From contig CAWJBB010000065.1 in the NCBI GenBank assembly GCA_963840855.1, positions 64,001-128,000 on the forward strand: a stretch of 64,000 bases of DNA. The letters run 5' to 3'. The position numbers and the translations under genes are program-made. Numbering within the stretch: position 1 is the first letter of the stretch; each line of letters opens with the position of its first letter. This DNA comes from an uncultured delta proteobacterium (GTDB lineage Bacteria; Desulfobacterota; Binatia; UBA9968). Shown here piece by piece: positions 19,639 to 27,617 of the stretch. The notes below the pieces were generated by a model that was given only the letters and a program-made list of their open reading frames with translations, was not told the origin of the DNA and ran no database searches.

Positions 19639-21525
19639 CTAAGTTTCTTTGAACTCCGCGTCGATCACGTCGTCATCGCCGCCAGGCCGGCCGCCGCCTT
19701 GCGCGCCGCCCGAAGTCCTCTGGCCGCCACCCGCCGCCGACGCCAAACCGTAAGCCACCTGCTGCAGGTCGCCGGTGAGCTGGCGCAGCCGCGCGATGTC
19801 CGACGAGTTGTTCTTCACCAGTTCGCGTATCTCGGCGATCAGCTGCTCGGCGCGCGCTTTGTCGTTGAGCGCCACGCGGTCGCCGAGATCGCGTATCTGC
19901 CGTTCGACTTGGTACGCTATCGAGTCGGCGCTGTTGCGCGCTTCAACCTCTTCGCGCCGCCTGCGGTCTTCGTCGGCGTGGGACTGCGCGTCGGCGACCA
20001 TGCGGTCGATCTCTTCCTTAGCCAGTTGAGTCGAGCCGCTGATGGTGATTTTCTGCTCCTTGCCGCTTTGTTTGTCTTTTGCGGTCACCGTCAAGATGCC
20101 GTTGGCATCGATGTCGAATGTCACTTCGATTTGCGCCGCTCCCCGCGGCGCCGGTTGGATACCTTCAAGGCGGAAATTGCCGAGAGTACGGTTGTCGCGC
20201 GCCAGCTCACGCTCGCCTTGGAGCACGTGGATGTCGACCGCGGCTTGGTTATCCTCGGCGGTGGAGAAGGTTTCCGACTTGCGCGCGGGTATAGTGGTGT
20301 TGCGCTCGATGAGCTTGGTCATGACTCCGCCGAGGGTCTCGACGCCGAGAGAGAGCGGCGTCACGTCGAGCAGCAGTACGTTTTTAACTTCGCCGGCCAG
20401 CACACCCGCCTGGATCGCTGCGCCAACGGCGACGACTTCGTCCGGATTGACCGATTGGTTAGCCTCTTTGCCGCCGGTCAGACGACGGACGAGGGTCTGA
20501 ACCGCCGGAATACGCGTCGAGCCGCCCACCAGGATGACTTCATCGATGTCCTTCTCGGTGATCTTGGCATCCTCAAGTGCCCGCTTCACCGGTCCGACGC
20601 AGCGCTCTACCAGATCCGCCGTGAGTTGATCGAACTTGGCGCGCGTAAGCTTCATCTCCAGGTGTTTCGGCCCCGTCGCGTCAGCGGTAACGAATGGCAA
20701 ACTGATGGTCGTCTCAATGGCGCTCGAAAGCTCTATCTTCGCCTTCTCCGCCGCTTCGGTTAATCGCTGCAGTGCCTGGCGGTCTTTGCGCAGATCGATC
20801 CCCTGATCGCGGCGAAACTCTTCCGCCATCCAATCCACCAGCCGCTTGTCAAAATCGTCGCCGCCCAGGTGCGTATCGCCGGAGGTTGAGTGAACTTCGA
20901 ACAGCCCGTCGCCGACGTCGAGTATCGAGACGTCAAAGGTGCCGCCGCCGAGATCGAACACCAGGATGGTTTCATTTTTCTTTTTGTCGAGTCCGTAGGC
21001 CAGCGACGCCGCCGTCGGCTCGTTGATAATGCGCAGCACATTGAGTCCGGCGATTTTGCCGGCATCTTTGGTCGCCTGGCGCTGCGCGTCATTAAAATAA
21101 GCCGGCACGGTGATCACCGCGTCGCCGACTTTCTCGCCGAGATATTTTGCCGCATCGTCGGCGAGCTTGCGCAGCACCAGCGCGGAAATCTCTTCGGGGG
21201 CGTATTGTTTGCCCGTGATATCGAAGCGCACGGCGTCATTGGGGCCGGCGACCACTTTGTAGGGAACGTTCTTAAGTTCCGACTGGACCTCGGAGTAACG
21301 CCGTCCGATGAAACGCTTGGCGGAGTAGATGGTATTTTCCGGGTTGAGTACGGCCTGGCGCTTGGCGATCTGCCCGACCAGCCGTTCGCCCGTCTTGGTG
21401 AAGGCGACAACCGAGGGAGTGAGGCGGCTACCCTCGCTGTTGATGATCACGGTGGGCTTTCCGCCCTCCATGACTGCTACCACGGAATTCGTGGTACCGA
21501 GGTCTATGCCAATTGCCTTTGCCAT
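19639..21525 (-). CDS. dnaK: molecular chaperone DnaK
   Basis: [26 protein letters not shown]-terminal DDVIDAEF. Confidence 0.98.
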   Translation of the reverse strand: MAKAIGIDLGTTNSVVAVMEGGKPTVIINSEGSRLTPSVVAFTKTGERLVGQIAKRQAVLNPENTIYSAKRFIGRRYSEVQSELKNVPYKVVAGPNDAVRFDITGKQYAPEEISALVLRKLADDAAKYLGEKVGDAVITVPAYFNDAQRQATKDAGKIAGLNVLRIINEPTAASLAYGLDKKKNETILVFDLGGGTFDVSILDVGDGLFEVHSTSGDTHLGGDDFDKRLVDWMAEEFRRDQGIDLRKDRQALQRLTEAAEKAKIELSSAIETTISLPFVTADATGPKHLEMKLTRAKFDQLTADLVERCVGPVKRALEDAKITEKDIDEVILVGGSTRIPAVQTLVRRLTGGKEANQSVNPDEVVAVGAAIQAGVLAGEVKNVLLLDVTPLSLGVETLGGVMTKLIERNTTIPARKSETFSTAEDNQAAVDIHVLQGERELARDNRTLGNFRLEGIQPAPRGAAQIEVTFDIDANGILTVTAKDKQSGKEQKITISGSTQLAKEEIDRMVADAQSHADEDRRRREEVEARNSADSIAYQVERQIRDLGDRVALNDKARAEQLIAEIRELVKNNSSDIARLRQLTGDLQQVAYGLASAAGGGQRTSGGAQGGGRPGGDDDVIDAEFKET

Positions 21526-21653
21526 AACAACTCCTCCTTTAAATTAAATCATGCTGCATCTATTTGACCCGCACGTTTTATTCTCCGTTTAGAGCGCGTC
21601 CTGGCCGCGCGCCATAGAGCAAAAGATTGACGGCGGATTTTTTTCCATCGTCG

Positions 21654-22361
21654 TCATCGGAAATCTTGCCCGTAACCCGCTCCATAAGCCACGCGGATAT
21701 GCACGCGCAGATAGAAATCGTGCACGCCGAGGCCGCGCAGAGGAACCTCCATGAGCGTGCCGTCACCAACCATGGGCGGAATACAGATGCGCACGGTCTC
21801 CTGTTCTTCAATGAGTCCTTCCCCGTCACAGCCACTGCAGGGAAACATGCTTTCTCGTCCCGATCCGCCGCAGCGCTCGCAAGGAAAACAGGTTGGCAGG
21901 CCAAGGAACACAATCCCGCCGCGCGCGGCCTCATCGCTTGATAGAATAATGCGCGCGGTGAGCGGCTCCGGGATTTCCTTCGCGGGCAGTTCGGCGGCAG
22001 TAAGACTGCCGCTCACTCGAGCCAACGCTGCTTCGAACACCGCATCTTTTATCGAAAGGGCGCGCAAAACGGCGGCTGCCTGTGGCAAGCTCCTATCCAC
22101 TTCGACCCCCAGGGAAATAGCTGCGGGCGAAATTTCCGCTCCGGCGCCCGCCTGTTCGAGCCCGCGGTCGTACTGGCTGCGCCGCGCGGGGTCTGCAAGA
22201 ACATGATACGCTTCCAGAATTCTCTGGAAAAAATGCAAACGTTCAGGGCCCAAGCGATCAGGGCGGTAGCGTTTCGCCAAGTCCAGGAAGGCCTCGCGGA
22301 TCCCCTGGGTAGTCTCGTTGCGCGAAACTCCCAATATCAAGTAGTAACTCTTTCGCACCAT
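21654..22361 (-). CDS. DnaJ-like protein (J-domain plus two CxxCxGxG repeats), HPD changed to RPD
   Basis: SYYLILGV...AKRYRPD...EAYHVLADPARRSQYD; CERCGGSG, CSGCDGEG. Confidence 0.85.
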   Translation of the reverse strand: MVRKSYYLILGVSRNETTQGIREAFLDLAKRYRPDRLGPERLHFFQRILEAYHVLADPARRSQYDRGLEQAGAGAEISPAAISLGVEVDRSLPQAAAVLRALSIKDAVFEAALARVSGSLTAAELPAKEIPEPLTARIILSSDEAARGGIVFLGLPTCFPCERCGGSGRESMFPCSGCDGEGLIEEQETVRICIPPMVGDGTLMEVPLRGLGVHDFYLRVHIRVAYGAGYGQDFR

Positions 22362-22392
22362 TCCTTCTTCGCTCTTCAATAATTCGATTCGC

Positions 22393-22408
22393 AGCAACCC
22401 TTATGCCA
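22393..22408 (-). promoter_or_regulatory. sigma54 promoter of the chaperone operon
   Basis: Minus strand TGGCAT-AAGGG-TTGCT, about 30 bp upstream of the J-protein ATG. Confidence 0.75.
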
Positions 22409-22556
22409 AACTGAAATATCCGTGGATCCTTTCCAAAATCCACTTCTCACTCAATCGTTTAGATAAACTGCGACTGTTTTTTGATAATGAGTTGTATCGG
22501 AATTGGGTCAAAGGCCGCATCGATATATCGAGCGAGTCGATCCGCCCGGACCTGGT

Positions 22557-23009
22557 CTAAGGTGCCCTTAGAGCCGCGCTGGTGCCGATAATTTCGGCAA
22601 ATTTGTGCTGTGGAATGCCCAGCCGCTGTTGCCGCGCTCTGCGCGCAATCCCCTGATGGATCGCGTCAAGAAATACCTGATTGTCGAAGGGTTTTGTGAA
22701 GAACTCCAGAGCCCCTGCCTTGATGGCCCGCACCGACATCGGGATGTCGCCGTGAGCGGTGATGAAAAAGATCGGAATCGCGACCTTGGCCTTGGCCAAC
22801 TGCTGCTGCAGGTCAAGACCGCTCAGCCCGGGCAGGTGCACGTCGAGCACCAGGCAGCTGGGCACGTCGGGGCGATGATATATCAGGAAGTCTTGCGCCG
22901 AGGCGAATGTTCGCGCGCTGAGCCCGTCCGAGGCCAAGAGACTTACCAGGGCCTCGCGCATCGAGGGGTCATCATCAACGATAAAAACTATCGGGGATTG
23001 CTCTCCCAT
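22557..23009 (-). pseudogene. response regulator receiver domain, truncated at the start of a sigma54 AAA+ domain
   Basis: IVDDD, LDV, ITAHGD, TKP, then FAEIIGTSAALR followed by a stop. Confidence 0.65.
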
Positions 23010-23366
23010 GCTCCAATCCTTCCCCCCAGCGCTGGCGGAAGATTTCCAGTCGCTGGTTCGACTTGCTGCTACGATCTCGGCGGCCTAAACAACGAAACTC
23101 AGGGCACAGTTGGGCGCAGCTTCCGACGTTGCGCTTGACGCCCCGGGTGGTGGTCACCACCAACAGAAGCGACGGTTACGATCTAACTTTTAGGGAAAAT
23201 GGAAAGGGAAAACAAGGACAATATCGTTAATTTTTAAACAACAGGGATGAGAATGATCGCGAGATGGTGATAACGTTCTCCAGCATTAGACCGGCCCGAT
23301 GCCAGAACCGCCTCGGGCCGAAAGATCGTAGCGTAATCCCCGAGCCCTGGTTTGAGGAGCCCCAGT

Positions 23367-23705
23367 TTACTTCTCGCTGGCTCTCTTTGCCCTCCAGTAA
23401 GCCTTCAACTTGGCCGATAACTTCGCTTTGGTTGCCCTACTCATCGCCTTCTTCTTTGCGGTCGCAGCAGGTTTAACTGAAAGCGTCGCTGGATTAGCTC
23501 GGCGAAGGCTCGACCATCTTGCTCTTTGAGCAGTGGCAATCTTCTTTTTCACCGCAGCGCTCATGCCCCGCTTTTTCTTTGACACAGCGCCAGATTTGGC
23601 TGACGCACCGAGAATCCTGCCGAGCTCTTTGTTCAGAGCCTCGACTTGTTGCTTAATCGCGGCAGCCCGTTTGAGTTGGTTAATTGTCAGGTCTAGTGGA
23701 TTCAT
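23367..23705 (-). CDS. small highly basic K/A-rich protein (possible nucleoid-associated protein)
   Basis: N-terminal coiled coil, then two repeats MS.A.K.K.....(R/K)A.W. Confidence 0.65.
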   Translation of the reverse strand: MNPLDLTINQLKRAAAIKQQVEALNKELGRILGASAKSGAVSKKKRGMSAAVKKKIATAQRARWSSLRRANPATLSVKPAATAKKKAMSRATKAKLSAKLKAYWRAKRASEK

Positions 23706-23857
23706 GCGGTCATTCATTAGCATTCAACGCCAGTGAAAATCAAGCGCCCTGATGGAAATTACGTCCCGGCAGGATGGGACCTTCGGTTCTTGCTGGCATC
23801 TCGGGACTCATGACCTGTTTTTTCCTAATAAGACGGAATTGCGGTAAGGAACTCTTT

Positions 23858-24000
23858 TGATTCTCCTTCGCCGAATACCTCGCAGCTTGCTGCGAGGATG
23901 AAGGTGAGGAGAACCCTCCGTAGCCTTGGCGAAGGAGGGTTGAAGGGCTTCGAAGAATTTCGCAAAGATACCTCGGAGCTTTGCTCCGAGGAGCTTCATT
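23858..24000 (-). mobile_element. ~143-bp three-hairpin non-autonomous element (PATE/MITE-like), copy 1
   Basis: Near-identical inverted copy at 41304-41446. Confidence 0.7.
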
Positions 24001-24229
24001 CTGCTGAAAACGGCCTATTCAAAAAACACGAGGAAAAATATTTCGCTCACAGACGCGATTTAACGCACGATCGGGGCTTGGTTAATGATCTACTCCAGAC
24101 CGAATTTTCATGAATACGAAGCTTTTTCAGCCAAATCCATGCCATTGGCCGGATTCCGCTTTAGCTGCAGGCGAAGGTGGGCTCTTTGTCGGGTAAACGT
24201 GTCTACTGCTGACCATTGATGACGCGATG

Positions 24230-25612
24230 TTACGCGACCAGAATAATCCGCAGATCCATCACGTTGGTGAAAGTCGGGCCGGTGATTAACAAGTTCCCGA
24301 GGCGCTGAAAGAAATGGTACGAGTCGTTATTGTCGAGAAACACATTGGCGTCGAGTCCCAGCTCTTTCGCCCGCGCCAGCGTCGTGCCATCCGCCAACGC
24401 GCCGGCGGCATCCGTCGGGCCGTCGCTTCCGTCCGTGCCGCCGCTGAGAATCACGACGCTATCGAGGCCGGCAATCGCGCCGGCCGCCGCAAGCGCGAAT
24501 TCTTGATTGCGGCCGCCCAACCCAGAGCCGCGAACGGTCACGGTGGTTTCGCCGCCGGAAATCACACAGGCAGGTCGAGGAATGGGATTGCCCGTTGCGA
24601 CGATCTCCTTGGCGATGGCGCCGTGAAGCGCCGCCACGATCCTGGTTTCCCCTTCGATACAACTTGACAGCTGCAAACATTTGTAACCCAACTCTTCAGC
24701 CCTTCGTTGCGCGGCTGCCAAGGCCAGACGGTTGCTGCCGACAATTACATTCTGGACATTTTGAAAGACAAGGTCACCGGGTTTCGGAGTGTCCTCGACA
24801 AGACCGTTAGTGCCCCGCCGCAAGAATTGCAAAACCGCCGGCGGAATTCTTTCTTCAATTCCGTATCGGCGAATGAGGCCCAAGCAATCCGCAAAAGTCG
24901 TCGAATCCGGGGCGGTAGGACCGGACGCGATGCTGTCGAGAGAGTCGCCGATCACGTCGGAAAGAATCAGCGCAATCACCGTTGCCGGGAAAGCCAACCT
25001 GGCCAGCCGACCGCCCTTTACTTTTGAAATATGTTTCCTGATCGCGTTGATCTCCTGAATCGTGGCGCCGCAATCGAGCAGGACTTGCGTGGTTTGTTGT
25101 TTATCGCCCAGCATGATCCCGTCGGCTGGACAGGGAAGTAACGCCGAGCCGCCGCCGGAAATCACACAAAAAATAACGTCGCGCTCCCCCGCCTGCTGCG
25201 CCAACTCAATAATCTCGCGTGCCCCGCGGTGGCCCGCGTCGTCTGGCAAGGGATGGCCCGCCTCGTTTACTTTCACCGCGCGCAAGGGCACGGCGTGGCC
25301 GTACTTGACGTTTACGACTCCCGCCGCAACTCTATTTCCCAATAGGTCTTCCAACGCCTGAGCCATACGCGCCGATGCTTTGCCGGCGCCGACGATCAGC
25401 ACGCGCTGATAATTGTTGAGATCGTAGACCATCTGCGCCCCTATCTTTGTCCTCTCCCCTGTTGCGGCGGAGAGGTAGGAGGACGGCGAGAGGAATAGGA
25501 CGCCATTATCGATGCTCGTGTGGCGCTCGATTGCGCGATAAGGATCGGCGGCCGCGAGTCCAGCGTCGAAGATCGCTCTGGCATCCTGCCTCATCTGTGC
25601 GAGCGGACGCAT
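24230..25612 (-). CDS. glycerate 2-kinase / hydroxypyruvate reductase (MOFRL family)
   Basis: GAGKAS, SGGGSAL, SDVIGD..IASGPT, GGETTV, GGRNQE, GTDGSDG, TNVMD. Confidence 0.93.
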   Translation of the reverse strand: MRPLAQMRQDARAIFDAGLAAADPYRAIERHTSIDNGVLFLSPSSYLSAATGERTKIGAQMVYDLNNYQRVLIVGAGKASARMAQALEDLLGNRVAAGVVNVKYGHAVPLRAVKVNEAGHPLPDDAGHRGAREIIELAQQAGERDVIFCVISGGGSALLPCPADGIMLGDKQQTTQVLLDCGATIQEINAIRKHISKVKGGRLARLAFPATVIALILSDVIGDSLDSIASGPTAPDSTTFADCLGLIRRYGIEERIPPAVLQFLRRGTNGLVEDTPKPGDLVFQNVQNVIVGSNRLALAAAQRRAEELGYKCLQLSSCIEGETRIVAALHGAIAKEIVATGNPIPRPACVISGGETTVTVRGSGLGGRNQEFALAAAGAIAGLDSVVILSGGTDGSDGPTDAAGALADGTTLARAKELGLDANVFLDNNDSYHFFQRLGNLLITGPTFTNVMDLRIILVA

Positions 25613-25640
25613 GTCGTTAGCCTAACCCCGAGTGACCCTT

Positions 25641-25745
25641 AAGTTCAACGTTCAATGTTCAAAGTTCAAGGTGGAGACGGGTCGTTAAACCTTGAACCTG
25701 AAACTTGAACCGCGCCGAAGGCGCCACGTTGGACTTTGAACCTGC
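25641..25745. repeat. heptamer-built dispersed repeat, copy A
   Basis: Reverse complement aligns with 32318-32420. Confidence 0.7.
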
Positions 25746-25813
25746 GGTCTAGAAAACTACCGACTCCAGATCGGAAGCAGTGACGGAAAGTAAATGCCGA
25801 TGAAGAGGAAACT

Positions 25814-26191
25814 TTAGAAAAGCTTAAAGCCGCCGAAGCCATACTCACCGATAAGCTTGCCAGAGGAGGAGTCAAAAATATCGATGAGCATGTTCTTGTC
25901 TGGATGGCCGGCGAGAAAACGCGAGAAAACTTCTATGAAGTTTTCTTTTTCTTGATAATCCGCGCTCCGAAATCCTTCACCGATGTAGAGCCGGTGCGGC
26001 CGCTTTGTGCTATCGAGCCGCACCCATAGGCGGGTACCGTTTGACCCGGCCCGGTCGAGCCAATTGCGGTACTCCAGCAGCCGCGCGTCAATTTCTTTGA
26101 AGCTAAGATTTTGCGCGAAGGATAGGGTGGAAAAAAGTAATGCGGACGCCAATAGAATGGTTTTCATTCCAATTGACGTCCGCATTTTCAT
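25814..26191 (-). CDS. hypothetical secreted protein
   Basis: Signal peptide MKTILLASALLFSTLSFA. Confidence 0.65.
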   Translation of the reverse strand: MKMRTSIGMKTILLASALLFSTLSFAQNLSFKEIDARLLEYRNWLDRAGSNGTRLWVRLDSTKRPHRLYIGEGFRSADYQEKENFIEVFSRFLAGHPDKNMLIDIFDSSSGKLIGEYGFGGFKLF

Positions 26192-26206
26192 GGTGGCGCT
26201 TATAGC

Positions 26207-26923
26207 TTAGTCGACCTTGATTTCAACCCGGCGGTTCTTCGCCCGGCCTTCTTTAGTCTTGTTGTCGGCAATGGGCTTAGATTCGCCGAATCCCTGACCG
26301 GAGATGCTGCCACTAGCTACGCCCTTCTTAACCACATAGTCTCTGACCGAATTCACGCGCCGCTCCGACAGCTTCTGGTTGTAAGCATCCGAGCCGACAT
26401 TATCGGTGTGCCCGGAAAGTGCCGCCTTCTTGTCTTTGTTCTCATTCAGGAAGGCAACCAAGCGATCTAAAATTGCCGCGGCTTCCGGCTTCACGTTGCT
26501 CCTGTCGAAATCAAAGAGCACGTCATCGAGGATTATCGTCCGCTCGACCTTCGGAGCCGGTTTCGGCGCCGGTGGTGGAGGAGGCGGTGGTGGCGGTGGC
26601 GGTGGCGGTGCCGGCGGTGGTGGTGGCGGCGGTGGAGGTGGAGGAGGTGGTGGTGGTGGCGGTGGCGGTTTTGGGTCTTCCGTCAATAGCCACGCAAGCC
26701 CGCCGCAGACCAAAGCGCCGGTAACTGCGCCGATCGCGGCTGAGGCCGCAATCGTCTTCCCGCCCTGATCCTGATTGTAACGCGTGGCGGCGCCACCCAG
26801 TCCCCCTATCGTTGCGCAAGTTGCGGCGCCGACCAGTGCCGCCTCGTTTTTCCTCATTACGCCCGTGCAGCTCGATAAGAATAACCCCGCCGCACTAAGA
26901 ACAAGCAATTTGTTTTTTAGCAT
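26207..26923 (-). CDS. OmpA-family lipoprotein with glycine zipper and polyproline linker
   Basis: Lipobox LSSC; FDFDRS, GHTDNVGS..YNQKLSERR, NRRVEI. Confidence 0.93.
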   Translation of the reverse strand: MLKNKLLVLSAAGLFLSSCTGVMRKNEAALVGAATCATIGGLGGAATRYNQDQGGKTIAASAAIGAVTGALVCGGLAWLLTEDPKPPPPPPPPPPPPPPPPPPPAPPPPPPPPPPPPPAPKPAPKVERTIILDDVLFDFDRSNVKPEAAAILDRLVAFLNENKDKKAALSGHTDNVGSDAYNQKLSERRVNSVRDYVVKKGVASGSISGQGFGESKPIADNKTKEGRAKNRRVEIKVD

Positions 26924-26960
26924 CTCGGCCCCCCCTTTGTCCTGGCTCGAAATTTTGCCT

Positions 26961-26989
26961 AAAGTAATTTAAGTAAGAATTGTTGTCAA
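26961..26989 (-). promoter_or_regulatory. sigma70 promoter of the OmpA gene
   Basis: TTGACA-17 nt-TACTTT. Confidence 0.6.
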
Positions 26990-27212
26990 GTGAAAAATTG
27001 TTATTTTCATAATTTCTTTAGATAGCCAAATTGCGTCCAAAAGTGCCCAAAAGCGGTCAAAAGTCATATCTTCGTGCAACTATCGTCTAGGGTGTACGCC
27101 AGAGGCTCCACGCCGGTTATGCCGAGCAGACTGGCCGCGCCGCGCACCGCATCAGGTGTTACCGCACGAATCCCAACTGCTGGCCGATGCCGATTGGCGA
27201 ACTCACCCAGCC

Positions 27213-27411
27213 CTAGAGGGGGCAGGGCGTTGCTTTGAGCGCAATATTTGAAAAACAGTGCGGGCAGTCTTTGGTCGCGGCGCCGGCCTCGCCGTGGGCT
27301 TCTGCATTCGGTTGATTTGCTTGATCAACAAAAAATCGCAAACGCAATGAGGGTGGCCGCGCCGGCCGCTTTTGCCGCGGCCACCTGGGGTAGTCCTCCA
27401 TCTTTGAGCAT
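27213..27411 (-). pseudogene. mscL: decayed mscL remnant
   Basis: Fragments MLKD, AAAKAAGAATL, IAFAIFLLIKQINR, TKDCPHCFSNIALKAT. Confidence 0.6.
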
Positions 27412-27617
27412 AAATGGCCGTCTCCTTGATCGTGAATTTCCGTCTGATTTCACGTGCTTGCGACTGCCGGTTCGCCGAACCCAGGGGTGATTTATATGGC
27501 CGCCGAGAACGAAAAGTCTAAACCAATTGCCACGCTACGGATGCCGATAACCCAAACTCGTGGCGCGCAACTATGCCGCTGATTGCTCGTCCAAGCTTCA
27601 GCAGGTATCGTTGAACT

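Noticed and set aside
19420-21567. Long plus-strand ORFs opposite dnaK (similar ones lie opposite clpB, the UbiDs and the molybdoenzyme)
   Set aside because: Antisense shadows of GC-biased codon usage with no protein motifs
23808-23999. MKLLGAKLRGIFAKF ORFs here and at 41305
   Set aside because: Translations of the hairpin repeat element, not supported as genes
24130-24144. Third minus-strand sigma54-like box TGGCAT-GGATT-TGGC
   Set aside because: Imperfect -12 box, and separated from the next gene by the repeat element and more than 400 bp
26570-26670. GGT/GGC low-complexity tract and Gly-rich plus-strand ORF
   Set aside because: Polyproline linker of the OmpA protein on the minus strand
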